A stretch of DNA of 64,000 nucleotides from Carcharhinus amblyrhynchos (GCA_965287045.1 OZ336873.1:80600001-80664000); one strand, 5' to 3'; positions 12,500 to 25,085 are shown, counted from the first letter of the stretch. Numbers and translations: made by a program. The notes: generated by a model from the sequence alone, not told the origin.

Positions 12500-12970
12500 T
12501 GAAAAGAGAAACATATCACCAAAGTTTTTTATCTTGCACTCATCAGGACAAAGGAAAGAATGCCAAATAATAAAAGATCCCACCAATATATACTATGGAG
12601 AAAAGGGGTGCTGATTCGTTGGCAAGTCAATTCTGATTGACTAAGGTATTGCCATGGAGAAAACAACAGGGATCTATGGACTCGCTAATGCTTCTGAGTA
12701 ATTCTATAAAGATGCCAGGCTTGAACATGTTACTTTTGTTTGCAGTGAACAGGTCCCTGCGTATAAACATTTGTTGCTTCCATGGATGAACTACATTAGC
12801 TGCCCAATCGGGAATCACATCTAACAGTGGACATTTTGTTTTGAGTTTTGTAAGCGCGGGCTGGTTCAGTGTGGTCTGTACTCTGCCTAAAATGGACAGC
12901 CAGATGAACATGTTTTTAACAATCAATCATTCATTGGGATTTATGGATTATGTGCCTGGCATCACACCAG
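12500..12970 (-). mobile_element. Penelope-like family C remnant (GIY-YIG endonuclease C-terminus and decayed pLTR)
   Basis: Minus strand reads DARHIIHKSQ*...KHVHLAV...TEPARAYKTQNKMSTVRCDS and MEATNVYTQGPVHCKQK*HVQAWHL; CCTGATGAGTGCAAGA hammerhead-like remnant at ~12530-12548. Confidence 0.65.
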
Positions 12971-13055
12971 CAATGCAGCATCTTCCAAGAAGTTGGTTAT
13001 GATCTGTCAAACAGAGTTCCCACTGAGTAAAGAAATGCTTTCAGCACCAACCTTT

Positions 13056-13250
13056 CATAGGACATAGAACGTGCAGTACAGGCCCTTCAGCCTTCGATGG
13101 TTTTCACAGATCGGCGAAACAATCTAAAGCCCATCTAACCTACACTATTCCAATATCGTCCATATGTTTATCCAATGACTATTTAAATGCCCTTAATGTT
13201 GGCGAGTCCACTACTGTTGCAGGCAGGGCATTCCAAGCCCTTACTACTCA
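13056..13250 (-). mobile_element. CR1 LINE 3' end
   Basis: CATAGAAC...CAGGCCCTTCAGCC tail and WNALP-like codons on the minus strand. Confidence 0.7.
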
Positions 13251-15137
13251 CCTGGTCGTGGCTGGAGCACTTTACTGAATTGGTCAAAGTCTTTCTAGCT
13301 TGTCAGTTTCACTAAAGTAACATTCCCACTTGTCTCGGATGACCCTAGTGAGTTGCTAACATGTCAGGAAATTGATGTCCTGATTGTTAGTTCCAGAATT
13401 GAAGGTATTACAGCACTTGTCTGCTTGACGAGAGGTTTTCCTGCTCTCCTTAGAACCTGGTCAGATGAAATCCCAGAGAGGTCATAATGAAGTGACGATC
13501 CCAACCTGGCATCAATGTTTTGGAGCTTTAACTCCCGGCATGCAATCAAACCCGCTTCCCCTTGCCTAGGCAAATTCCACCCCTTGGCAGAATTTTCCTG
13601 TCCCACCTGCCACGGGAATCATAGCAGGAGGAACATGAACCATGCAAAGGTCCGTTGACCTCAGGTGGCATTTTTCTGGTCTTGGGGGGAGCGCAACTGG
13701 AAAATCCTGCTCCTCCTCTTTGTAAGGAGAGGATGACCAGTATATTCATTCACTTGTTTATTTGCTGATGAGAATTGGAGGCTTGCGTCTTCAGTGGGAT
13801 GGAATGGCAAAGGAACTGAGGGATTGGAAAGTAATAGAATGTTGAATTCAATTCCAGCTGTATTATTAATTTTATAATAACATTGCTGTGTGCAAGCAAC
13901 AATTATCATTAATTTATTGTTGCTGGAGTGTACTTTTGGCTGCCTGCACTCTGTTTTATAATCATCACATATTTATACTAATAAGGTTATGATACAGTCA
14001 TACTTACATTTATTATTGCCGGGAACAGAGAACTGCCTGTGTTGTTATAGCATGGATTATTGTTACTGTTGGTACATCTGTATATGTCCTGGGGATCAGA
14101 AAATGGGAGAGGGAGATTAATAAGGAATGTCAAGAGATTGTACATGTTATTATTGTCTTTCACAGAACTACTAACTTTAAAAAAAAGCCTTGATAATTGT
14201 GCAGCATAGTAAAAAATGCATTTCATTCATTGCAATCCAGATTTCTTTTTAAAAATTACCTTTATAATTACTGACTAGAATGTTCCAGCAACTACCAAAT
14301 TGAGTCACGTATTAGTAGGAAGTTGTCAGTCAATTTCATTTCCACAGCATTATGTCACAACATTACTTACTTACTTCAGAAAAGTTGAGCTGTGTCGACT
14401 CCTGACTTGATGTAGCTGTCACAGTACATAGTGCCGGTTTACCTGTCAGAAAACCAACTGCCTTCCTCATTGACATAAACTGAAGATACAATCCGCTCTC
14501 CAGTGGGGGTGGGGCAGAGGTAGAGCTTGCTCTCCAGGGAATTCCCTACCCCCATCCCCATCCACAAGGATTTATAACATAAAATAGTGATTACAATGTC
14601 GAGAGAGACTCTGAACAAGCACAAGTCGAAAGATGCTCACATTTCAGGGTTGTAGGGAAGGTCAATTTTTGTCAGTAATTCGTTCGGGCTGAAGGGTAAA
14701 ATGAACAGCCATAACAGATAAAGCAGACTTGGGCATAAAGTAACAATGAATGTAACTTACTTACGCCCAAATGTCTGTGACCTGTTAAGCATCTAATTGG
14801 TTTGTCATCTAAATGCTGCATGTTGCTGGGCTTGAATCCAGTGGGAAGTCGAGGCTTTGCTCTTCATTACATGCTTCTGTTTGACCAGTATGACCAGCAA
14901 GAACTTTTGGTCAGTGGTGTGTAGCACAAATCTGAAATAAAGCTCTGCTACAAAAGCATTGCGTTTGACATTACAAACTGGGTGTTCCGCCAGACTGGTT
15001 CTCCTCAGCTCCTACTCACCCAATTGAAACGACTGGGAGCGCATTGCATCTCGTCAAATAATCGTCTCTATCAAATCAAATTCTTTTTTAAATAGTTCAG
15101 CGCTTCCTACTCAATTGTGCTTCTTTTCCTTTGTCAG

Positions 15138-15325
15138 GATATTCCATCCTTCAGGTAATCATGGAAGCTGCTGTCCAGAACAACTGGCAAGTTACAGCGA
15201 AATCAGTTGGAAGCATCACCGATGTGATGGAATACAGGAGAATCTTTGAGGAAATGGACAAAAGACAAGAGAGAAGATATTTGATAGACTGTGAACTGAA
15301 CCGACTGAATGCTATTTTGGATCAG
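15138..15325 (+). CDS. gria3: AMPA receptor GluA3, internal coding exon (NTD; equivalent to mammalian exon 4), 188 nt, phase 1 to 0
   Basis: ttgtcAG|GA...CAG|GTaacc; (G)[62 protein letters not shown]; [17 protein letters not shown] is the GluA3-type sequence. Confidence 0.93.
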
Positions 15326-16535
15326 GTAACCTCTATTTGTGTAATATCTCCGTCAACAAAAAAATAAATAAACGATTGCTTTGTATTCACTGTAGTGGCA
15401 CCGTGATCCTGTTAAACCCAGTGTTGGTAATGCAATAGCAGGCCTTTCTGTTCTAATGCAAAGCCACATCCATCCTCGCATCCCCAGCGGACTACCTACT
15501 GATAATGTCCAATTTACTCAGCAAGAATCCTGTAATCCTGCTCTCTTCGAGTTCCTGCTCCATATACACATTATAAGAGGATCACTCTAATAGCATTAGC
15601 GTTGGTGGTGCTGGTTGTGGAAGATTGTGAGCTCAATTGAATAATGTTTTTTTTTGAAGGTCAACTCACAAGGTTTATAGCCCTGGTTATAATGTGTTAC
15701 TTACATCTACTTTCATCCTGCTTTTCACTGCAGCTGTTAAAGTGGAAATAAGCCTCTCTATACACAGGCGAGCGCGAGCCCGCTGCATCACTTGGGTTGA
15801 TTACTTCTATTGCTTAATTGATAAGATCTGATCGGGCGGTTAGCTCTTCAATCAGTAGAAGAACAGCAGAAGTGCTCTGAGGCTTTCCGTAAAAGCAAGC
15901 GAAAAGGCAAGCCTTGTAATTGTGCGGCAAACTCAAAGTGAGGAGGATATCACTCGGAGGCAGTCTGGTTTACGAAACTGCTTGTAGAATTGGAGCAGTG
16001 CCAGTAGCCAGACTTCTGTTGCGGGTGTAATTAAAATTCTTTCACAATGCCAACGCTAATATATAGCATAACAATTGCCTCAAAAAAAAATTTCAGTGCC
16101 ACAACTATCATTAATCTCACCTAAAGCTATGTAACTCTTAATTCCTTCCACTTTCATATATTTGAAAAGATATATGCTGCTTTATGTTGAGCTGCATTCA
16201 AGAGAAATCTCATTCCTTAGAATGTACAAGAATATTTTCAATGTATTGGGAAAAAAATGGCTGAAGCGATGTTACTGATGAAATGTTAAAAATCAATTGA
16301 GCCGAAAACATGATTAATGGATGATCTTTGAATCTGGCAGGAAAGACCATTGATGGTGAATATTTTGGAAAATTTACGTCATTGAAGCATTACAGGAAAG
16401 GAGTTGTTACTGCGGAAAAAGGGTTGATGCTACTAGATCAAGGGATAGGAAAAAAGAACAAGGGAATGGGTGAATGTAGTATTAGAAGCTGATTGAATCT
16501 AATGATTCAAAGCTGAGGACTGTACCAGTTGCCAG

Positions 16536-16854
16536 CATAGAATCATAGAATTCGTACAGTGCGGAAAGAGGCCATTTGACCCAGCAAGCCTGCACTGACA
16601 ATAATCCCACCCGGCCCTATCCCCATAACCCCATGTATTTGCCCTGCTAATCCCAGACACTAAGGAGTAATTTAGCATGGCCAGTCCACCTAGCCCGCAC
16701 ATCTTTGGACTGTGGGAGGAAACCAGAACGCCTGGAGGAAACACATACCGAAGTGGAGAGATTGTGCAAACTCCACACAGACAGTGATGCAAGCTGCGAA
16801 TTGAACCTGGCTCCCTAGCATTGTGAGGCAGCTGTGCTAACCACTGTGCTGCCC
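16536..16854 (-). mobile_element. HE1/V-type SINE, tail A
   Basis: Full-length reverse copy with (CATAGAAT)n tail. Confidence 0.85.
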
Positions 16855-17365
16855 CTAGGTAAAAAAGCCTCAGAGTAAAATGAAGAAAGACATAAGGAGA
16901 TGGTAAAAACAGGGTGATTTTCTACATCTGATTACACAGCCGGAGACAGGCTTTAAGACACTGTTCCCATTGAAAACATCGAAAATGCACACTGATTCTT
17001 CTAGATGTTGGGGATTTCTTTCCAGCTAAGCCACATTTCCATAATTCAAATTCTCCCTGTCCAATCCTACTTTCCAATCAAGGGATTTTATTTTGAAGTA
17101 TGCAAACCAACCTGAATTGCCACAGGGCAGGGCACCATCAAAGTGGGAAATAAAAGACAGGAGTTAAGGTGACTTCAGAATTAATCCAGTCCCTTTTTTG
17201 AGGGGGCCCCTAGCATTGTGGAGCACCTGTAACTGGTGTCGACAGAGATTGCTGGAGTGCAACCAATACAGTTTCACACAAGCGATTATTAGCAAAAATG
17301 AAGTGCACAGAATTGGAAATATCCTTGTGCAATGGGTTCCTAATTGGTTGGGAGGAAAGAGACAG

Positions 17366-17682
17366 TTTAAGTTTTAAAGTTTATTTATTAGTGTCACAAG
17401 TCAGCTTACATTAACACTGCAATGAAGTTAACTGTGAAAATCCCCTAGTTACCATATTCCAGCACCTGTTCAGGTACACTGAGGGAGAATTTCGCATGCC
17501 GATGTACCTATGCAGCACATCTTTCAAACCATGGTGGGGAAGCCCGATCACCTGAAGGAAACCTCCAAAGACATGGGGAGAATGTGCAGACTCCACTTAG
17601 ACAGTGACCCAAGCCAGGAATTGAACCTGGGTCCTTGACACTGTGAAGCAGCAATGCTAACCACTGTAACACCATGCCGCCC
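17366..17682 (-). mobile_element. HE1/V-type SINE, tail B
   Basis: AAAGTTTATTTATTAGTGTCACAAG...ACCATGCCGCCC. Confidence 0.85.
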
Positions 17683-18204
17683 CAAAAGCTTGGGATAAAT
17701 GACACACTGGTGAAAGGTGGCAAGTAGTGTTTTCCAGGGGTCTGTACAAAATCTTCAGCTTTTCGCTACGTAAAATTAATGACATTGATCAAGGGATATG
17801 GGGATGGAATGTAGTCTGTGCAAGCCTGAACCAGGAGACCTGATGCCAGCTTTGAATTTTAAGCCTATTGTGCGTTTATAGGCAAATCATGCATTTGCAT
17901 TGAATGTGCTGAATATTGGACTACTTGTCTTACCAACTGCTACCCAGTAGTTCCTGAGAGGAGGTTGGAATGGAAAACAAGATGGTGGGACAACTATGAT
18001 GACTGGTGCACTCCTGCTCCTCCCAGCTTCACAGAAAATATTTTTAAAGACATTTTAACAAATGAATCGTTAATTGGCTGTCGTATGGGTAACTAAATTC
18101 TGAACAGAACAGTCCAGGTACCTGCTCCATTTAACATACACTATGGAAGAGTTCTTCATGGTAGGAATGGTGTCGACTCAGCCAACATCATAGTGAAGCT
18201 TTTT

Positions 18205-18370
18205 GGGAACAGTGTCCTCTCAGTTAGCTTTGATGGGAAGCAATCTTGGAAAAGTTACCTCACAGACAGTACTGCAGTGAAGAGGATCTGGGAATGGTGT
18301 CCTCTCAGTCGGCATAGCAGTGAAGCAGTCGGGAAGTGTCCCCTTAGTCAGCATTACAGTGAAGCAGTCA
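18205..18370. repeat. Degenerate ~40-bp minisatellite, about 4 units
   Basis: Unit approximately GGGAA..GTGTCCTCTCAGTCAGCATTGCAGTGAAGCAGTC. Confidence 0.7.
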
Positions 18371-18524
18371 TGATTTTAAAGTGTTATTTTTGTGGAAGAA
18401 GAGAAACTGAGAGACCACACAAATAAATGAAAGTCAGGGTCATTTCAATAAATTAATGTAAGTAACGTAGGGTAAGGGAAGTAAAGTTGGCAGAAGAGAG
18501 GTAATTAGTATTCTAATTACTTTG

Positions 18525-18840
18525 CCCCTTGATGGAGGGATAAATGACTAGGAAGCATTAATTTAAGGTAAGGGGCAGGAAGTTTAGAGGAGATATGAGG
18601 AAAATGCTTTCTCCCAAAAGGTGGTGGGACTCTGGAACTTACTGTCGGAAAGAGTGATGGAGGCAGAAACCCTCATAACATTTAAGAAGTATTTATACGT
18701 GCACTTGTGATGCCAAAGTATACATGTTGATTGGTTAAGTGCTGGAAATTGGGATTAGAATAGTGAGGTGGTTTGTCTTTGACCAGTGCAGACTAGATGG
18801 ACCCAAAGGCCTTTATCTGTGCTGTAGACCTCTATGACTT
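18525..18840 (+). mobile_element. CR1 LINE 3' fragment
   Basis: TTTAAGGTAAGGGGCAGGAAGTTTAGAGGAGATATGAGG... and CR1 3' UTR. Confidence 0.75.
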
Positions 18841-19540
18841 TATAACATAGATTCGGCGATCATTAACATGTATAAGGGGTCTTACACCTGTTGACTTTGC
18901 CTGCCTGGGGTACCCAAAAAATGGATCTAATGAATTTAGCTGTGGGTTAAATGCCTGGGTGGATTGGGTGCAGGCCAAATATATATGCATTGTGCCCTTT
19001 TTACCCCCAAAATCACATATTCAAATTTGTAGATAGCCCTAATGTAGGAAACAATATGTTGTGGTGATGGAAGCAGGAAATTACAAAGGGGTATAGTGAG
19101 TGAACAAAACTATGACAGTTGAAACATGATATTCATTGTGTAGTATCATATACTTTGAATCAAAAGAGCTTCTTAATAGTGCAAGGTAAGGAACTGAGGA
19201 GCAAAAGGATGCAAGTGCAAATGTATAAAAAGCTCTAAAAATACTGCATTGAGTCAAAAAATGATGTAAAATTCAAATGGATTCTTGACCTTTCTTTGAA
19301 GGTGGATTTAACACTAGTATGGAAGTTGTGAATCATTTGTGGAATCTTGGTCTGATCTCATCTGATGTACTGTATTAAATTGAGGAGTAAGAAATATTGG
19401 CCTAGGAAGACCTTGTACAGCTCTGATTCACCAGTATAATAGCCCTGTCTCATTGTGTTGGCTAAAGAATTTATAGTGTGACCACACTTGCACATTTGTT
19501 CAAACGTTTTCACAGGTAATTCTTTTCTTTTCTGACACAG

Positions 19541-19594
19541 GCAGTAAATGTTGGCAAAAATATCCGAGGTTACCACTACATGTTGGCTACTCTG
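19541..19594 (+). CDS. gria3: GluA3 coding exon (equivalent to exon 5), 54 nt, phase 0-0
   Basis: tcttttcttttctgacacAG|GCA...CTG|GTaagt; AVNVGKNIRGYHYMLATL, with the GluA3-type GYHYML motif. Confidence 0.93.
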
Positions 19595-19982
19595 GTAAGT
19601 GTTTTCTTTGTGATTGAATGAATGATAGATGTATGGCAAGACAGCCATGGGATAGCTAATTGGCACATGAGTTAGAAATTGATCTTTTACCTCAGAGTTC
19701 ACCTCTAACTCAGACTAATGGACAGTTGACTGGGAGGATCCATGTAAGGTTAATTTGGGAACGCTGAATTCAATGTCAAGCAATTATTGTCCCCCAGAAC
19801 CTAACTGACTATTGGCTAAGGTGTGTAAGATATGGAAAATGTTGCACTCATGTTGTGGAAGGTCTGCTCCTAAAATTAGCCAGTGGGTGCATTGTCAGAG
19901 TCAAAGCAGAGGGAACTTTACCCTGCACCAAACCATGTTGTACCTTACAAAACAACATACTGTTGATGCTGGAATTTCTTTT

Positions 19983-20292
19983 CCTCTATTTCTTCATGGG
20001 ATGGGAGCATCACAGGCAAAGTCTGTGTTTGTTGTCCATCCCTAATTGCCCTTGAAGGATTTGCTAAGCCATTTCAGAGGGCAGTTCAGATCAAACCACA
20101 TTGCTGTGGTTTGGAGTCACATGTAGGCCAAGCCAAGTAAGGGTGGCAGATTTTCTTCCCTGAAGGTCATTAGTGAACCAGATGGATTTTTACAACAATT
20201 GATTATAGTTTCATGGTCACCCTTACACAGATTAGCTTTCAATTACCAATTTTTTAATTAAACTCACTTTTAGATTGAAATTCATCTGCCAC
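19983..20292 (-). mobile_element. tRNA SINE type C (Zenon-like tail), partial
   Basis: Same sequence family as 9503-9846. Confidence 0.7.
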
Positions 20293-20517
20293 AGTTTTGC
20301 CCATTCACCTAGTCTATCAATAAGCCTATCATGGTTCGGGGAGGGAGGGAAAGAATGAGAGAGTAGAAGCCCAGCAAATTATGCTCTAGTTCCATATGAG
20401 AAAGCCCTGAAAATGTCCACACATGTGCAAAGCTCAAGCCCAGCCAATAATTTATGGGCCTCAAGATTAAAGGTTGATCAGGACCCTCAAACATTTAAAC
20501 AATTAAGAAATAAGTTT

Positions 20518-21022
20518 TATAGAGTCACAGAGGTTTACAGCATGGAAACAGGCCCTTCGGCCCAACTTGATCACGCTGCCCTTTTTTTAAACCTCTAAGC
20601 TAGTCCCGATTGCTCACATTTGGCCCATATCCCTCTATACCCATCTTGCCCATGTAACTGTCTAAATGCTTTTTAAAAGACAAAATTGTACCCACCTCTA
20701 CTACTATCTCTGGCAGCTTGTTCCAGACACAATGAAAAAAATTGCCCTCTAGTTTTAGACTCCCCTCTCTTTGGGAAAAAATATGGACTATCTAGCTGAT
20801 CTATGTCCCTCATTATTTGATAGACCTCTATAAGATTGCCCCTCAGCCTCCTACGCTCCAGAGAAAAAAGCCCCAGTCTATCCAGCCTCTCCTTATAACT
20901 AAAACCATCGAGTCCTGGTAACACCCTAATAAATCTTTTCTGCACGCTTTCTAGTTTAATGATATCCTTTCTATAATAGGGTGACCAGAACTGTACACAG
21001 TATTTCAAGTGTGGCATTACCA
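20518..21022 (-). mobile_element. CR1 LINE 3' fragment
   Basis: PHLKYCVQFWSPYYRKDIIKLESVQKRF...LERRRLRGNLIEVY. Confidence 0.9.
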
Positions 21023-21086
21023 GTTAAAAAAACACCTAAGCACTTTATAATTCTTATAAAGACCCTCCCTTAGCTGCAGTTATGTA

Positions 21087-21370
21087 AAGTTAAAGTTTAT
21101 TTATTAGTCACAAGTAGGCTTATATTAACACTGCAATGAAAATCCCCTAGTTGCCACACTCGATGTCTGTTTGGGTACACTGAGAAGAATTTAGCATGGT
21201 CAATGCACCTAACCAGTGTGTCTTTTGGACTGTGGGAGGAAGCTGGAGCACCTGGAGGAAACCCACGGAGACACTGGGAGAACATGCAGACACCACACAG
21301 GCAATGACCAAAGCCGGGAATCAAACCCAGATCCTAGCATTATGAGGTAGCAGTGCCAACCACTGTGCAC
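21087..21370 (-). mobile_element. HE1/V-type SINE, tail B
   Basis: Reverse copy with GTAAGCCTACTTGTGAC-type tail. Confidence 0.85.
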
Positions 21371-22334
21371 TATCTGGGCTTGAGTCTGAGTCATTCTTTC
21401 ATCATTACAACATGAAAAGTGTTTCACTATAAACATAAATCATGGTATAACTGCTTTCTGACATTATCTGAGAAAATGCATCCTGCTTGGTAATTCCTGA
21501 GATAAGAACGGTGGGCAATTTCACAATTCACTGGGCAACTCAGAAAATCTATAGAAATAGATATTTGCAAATAAATGTTTCTGCAGTTTTAGTTTCATGA
21601 GGTCTGCTGGAGAGTATAGAATCCAGTAAGGATTTTGAATCAGGCCTGAAGAAATCCTATCCAGTTTATTGCACTGCAAATATTTCACGATTGATATTTT
21701 GTCAGTTATTAGTTGGACCTTCTCAACTCAATCATGCATGTGGTGCTTGCAAATGATTGCCCTTTCTCCCTCATGCTAGGAAAGAATAATACATTGCCTT
21801 TGGTACAGTTTTGCCTGAACACTAGCAGCAGCTGAGGTAATGTAGCAAATCAAAACAGTGCAGAATTTGCTAATTAGACAGTAAAGAACACAGCTTTGCC
21901 ACATGTCAAAACTGACTGTGTTGTCAACATCACTTTTAAGCAAATTACTTTGAGTTCATTAGTAGCTGCAAAAACAGGCCTAAGTTTTTCTTTGATAAAT
22001 CATTGCACTGCTTAATTTTCCACCGCTGTCTGTGACACTTGCTGCTGTGAAGAAAGTTTAATATGCAACAACAAAAGGTTCTAAGGCTGCATGGTGCTGC
22101 CTTTACTGTACATTTTACAGTGGTTCTCATTCATCATTAGCCCTGTTCAATGATTCATTTATTTGGTGGGCAGAGATTTTGCTGACACTTTCCTTCAGGA
22201 CAATTTCGCTGCACCTGTTGCATCTCTTGAAGCATTTTCCTTTCATATCAGGGGCTTTGGCAGCAATAAGTGAAAATAGCCAGTGAAATTGCAACATTAA
22301 CTATGGGAGCGTTCGAAGCAGGGCAACCTGATCG

Positions 22335-22683
22335 AGGGACATGGACAGAGTGTATGAGGAGCAGCTGTTCCCTTTATTTGAAGGGTCAGTCACAAGGGGA
22401 CATAGGTTCAAGGTGAGGGGCAGGAGGTTTAAGGGGATGTGTGGAAAAAGCTTTTTACCCAGAAGGTGGTGACGGCCTGGAATGCACTGCCTGCAAGGGT
22501 TGTAGAGGCAGGTTGCCTCACATCCTTTAAAAGTACCTGGATGAGCATTTGGCACAGCATAACACTCAGGGCTATGAGCCAAGTGCTGGCAAATGGGATT
22601 AGTTGCGTGTTCAGGTGTTTGTAATATGTCAGTACAGACTCGATGCGCCAAAAGGCCTCTTCAGTACTGTATGATTCTGTGAT
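22335..22683 (+). mobile_element. CR1 LINE 3' fragment
   Basis: LFTQKVVTAWNALPARVVEAG and ...TGTATGATTCTGTGATT tail. Confidence 0.85.
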
Positions 22684-23379
22684 TTAAAGATTATTATTCA
22701 GTCTCAGGGCTCAGTTTTGGTTGCTATATCTATAGAGTTATAGATACATAGGAAAGACCATTTCATTCATCAATCTATTACTGTAGAGCTATCCAATCAG
22801 TTCCAGCCTTGTAAGTTTATTTTCCTTTAAAACCCATCAAATTTCCTTTTGAAACATTGATCAGTTCTGCTTCTACCACTATCTGGGATGTCAGGTCATT
22901 ACCATTCACTGCGTCAAAAAATTATTTCTTAATCTCCCTGCAGCATTTCTTGCCCAAATTCTGTGCCTCCTAGCCATGGTACCATCAGCTAATGGGGACA
23001 GATTTTCATGACACACTTATCTAAACCTACCATAATCTCATATCCCTCCAACAAATGTCCCCTCTTTGCTTTGCTTCAAAGGGAAAACTCCAGTTTCATG
23101 TCTGATAAAACTCCTCTACTCCCTCTGAAGGATCTTCACTCACCTATGGTGAGCAGGATTGAACTTAAATGTTGGACTAACCAAAACCCTTTAGGGATGG
23201 AGCATAACCTCCCAGCTTTTGTACTCAATGGGCGGAATTTTATGTGATTGACTCTAAGGCCCTGATTTTTACCAGCACGCCCACCCCAGAATCGGGGTGG
23301 GCGAGGCTCGTAGAACAGTGTTCTTCACTGGCCTTCGTGCGCCTCAGGTGGATGTGCCAGTGAAATTCCACATCAGTGT

Positions 23380-24165
23380 CCAACTCGCATGAAAATGGGA
23401 GAATTCCTAATCAGTATTTTGGGTGAGTTTCCATGCCCAATCTTAGGTACGTGGTCTCTGAAAAAATGGGCTAGTCAGTTTCGAATCACTAGAGGTTGAG
23501 GGCTGGACTTAATTTGCCAGCCAGCCTATCGAGGGGGGTATTGCGCATCTGCAGACCTCTGATGCTGCACATGCACATTAGACATCCCGAGAGCTGTCAA
23601 GCCTCTGCTGCTGCAGGCGGCCTCACCCAGCACCAGCACCCCCCAAACGCACCCCCCCCTCCGCAGCTGCCCAGACTTATCACAGCTCCCTGCCTCCCTC
23701 ACCAGTCACAGGCAGAGAGGCAGCAGGCCCCAATCCCCCATTGTCCCCACCCCCCAGTTACCCCCATTGGCTCTGCCCCTGACCCTGCCCTGTGAACAGT
23801 GCCAAGGTGCCCATTGGACAGTGGCAGGGTGGCAGTGCCAGGCTGGCATCTTGGCCTCCCCAGGTGGCCTCAATAGCCTCTGATTCCACCGGCGAGGCCA
23901 ACACAACCTTTCCCTATACATGGGGAGCAGGTTTGTTCCTCACCAGGGAGAACCTCTCCCAGCAAGTCCATAAAGGAAAGCGAGCCCAGATGATTAAGCA
24001 CTGGATTTGCTAAGCAGATGTAAAACAGCATTTAAATACATTTAAATAAATTATTCAGCCTCTCTCCCATTTCAGCAAGAGGCTGACCATGCCAGAAATC
24101 TGGCTCTCATAAAATCGCGAGAAGCAAAAAATCAGGCATGATCCCGATTTCTCGGCTCTTGCATG
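23380..24165. mobile_element. GC-rich non-autonomous DNA-transposon-like repeat
   Basis: GGCAGTGCCA/TTGGCAC motifs and C-rich tracts shared with 49494 and 58372. Confidence 0.45.
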
Positions 24166-24171
24166 ATAAAT

Positions 24172-24512
24172 AGAGCAGCACGGTAGCACAGTGGTTAGCA
24201 CTGCTGCTTCACAGCTCCAGGGACCTGGGTTCGATTCCCGGCTTGGGTAACTGTCTGTGTGGAGTTTGAACATTTTCCTCATGTCTGCATGGTTTCCTCC
24301 GGGTGCTCTGGTTTCCTCCCACAGTCCAAAGATGTGCGGGTTAGGTTGATTGGCCATGCTAAAATTGCCCCTTAGTGTACTAGGATGCTTAGGTTAGAGG
24401 TATTAGCAGGCAAAATATGTAGGGATATGGGGGTAGGGCCTGGGTGGGATTGTGGTCGGTGCAGACTCGTTGGGCCGAAGGGCCTCTTTCTGCACTGTAG
24501 GGTTCTATGATT
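24172..24512 (+). mobile_element. HE1/V-type SINE, tail A (young, full length)
   Basis: GCAGCACGGTAGCACAGTGGTTAGCACTGCTGC...GGTTCGATTCCC...TTCTATGATT. Confidence 0.9.
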
Positions 24513-24559
24513 TGAGAGATATTGGGCACAATTTTATCAGATCGCTCTGCCCATCAATG

Positions 24560-25085
24560 GCAGCACCAATATCTCTATTTATGAAGCTTAGCATTTCATA
24601 TTCTTTGCTGACTACTCTCTCAATATTTCCTGCTACCTTCAAAGATCTTTGCACATGAACACCTAGTTTCCTTAGTTCCTGTACATCCTTTAAAAATGTG
24701 CTATGAAGTCTCTCCTTATCATGTCTGCCAAAATGTATCGTTTCACATTCTTCGATTTTAAGTTTCACCTGTCACCTCTATGTCCATTATACTGATTTAT
24801 CTATGTCCAGTGCAGTCAACAGGTACCATCCTCACTGTCTGCCATGCAAAGTTTTAGGGGAATGGTGAGTCTTAATTAGATCTGAACTAAACAACTGTTG
24901 TAGGGAAAATGCAGGAATCTATTATTAAGGTGATTATAGTAGGGCACGTAGAAAATCCCAATGCAATCGAGCAGAGTCAACATAGTTTTGTGAAAGGGAA
25001 ATCACATCTGACTAATTTATTGGCTTCCCCTGAGGAATTAACAAGCAATATGGATAACGGGGAACCTGTGAATGTACAGTACTTC
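24560..25085. mobile_element. Two decayed CR1 fragments (- 24560-24850; + 24880-25085)
   Basis: CETIHFGR...LGVHVQRSLKV; EQSQHSFVKGKSHLTNLL. Confidence 0.65.

Noticed and set aside
15131-15367. 78-aa ORF as a stand-alone gene
   Set aside because: It is the gria3 exon plus read-through into the flanking introns.
18205-18370. CRISPR-like array
   Set aside because: Units are tandem and degenerate with no unique spacers, there are no cas genes, and the context is a vertebrate intron.
19506-19544. Alternative acceptors at 19515 and 19544
   Set aside because: Shifts of 25 and 4 nt break the frame; only 19540/19541 gives the conserved peptide.
24172-24245. tRNA genes (here and at other SINE heads)
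   Set aside because: A/B boxes run straight into SINE bodies and there is no complete cloverleaf.
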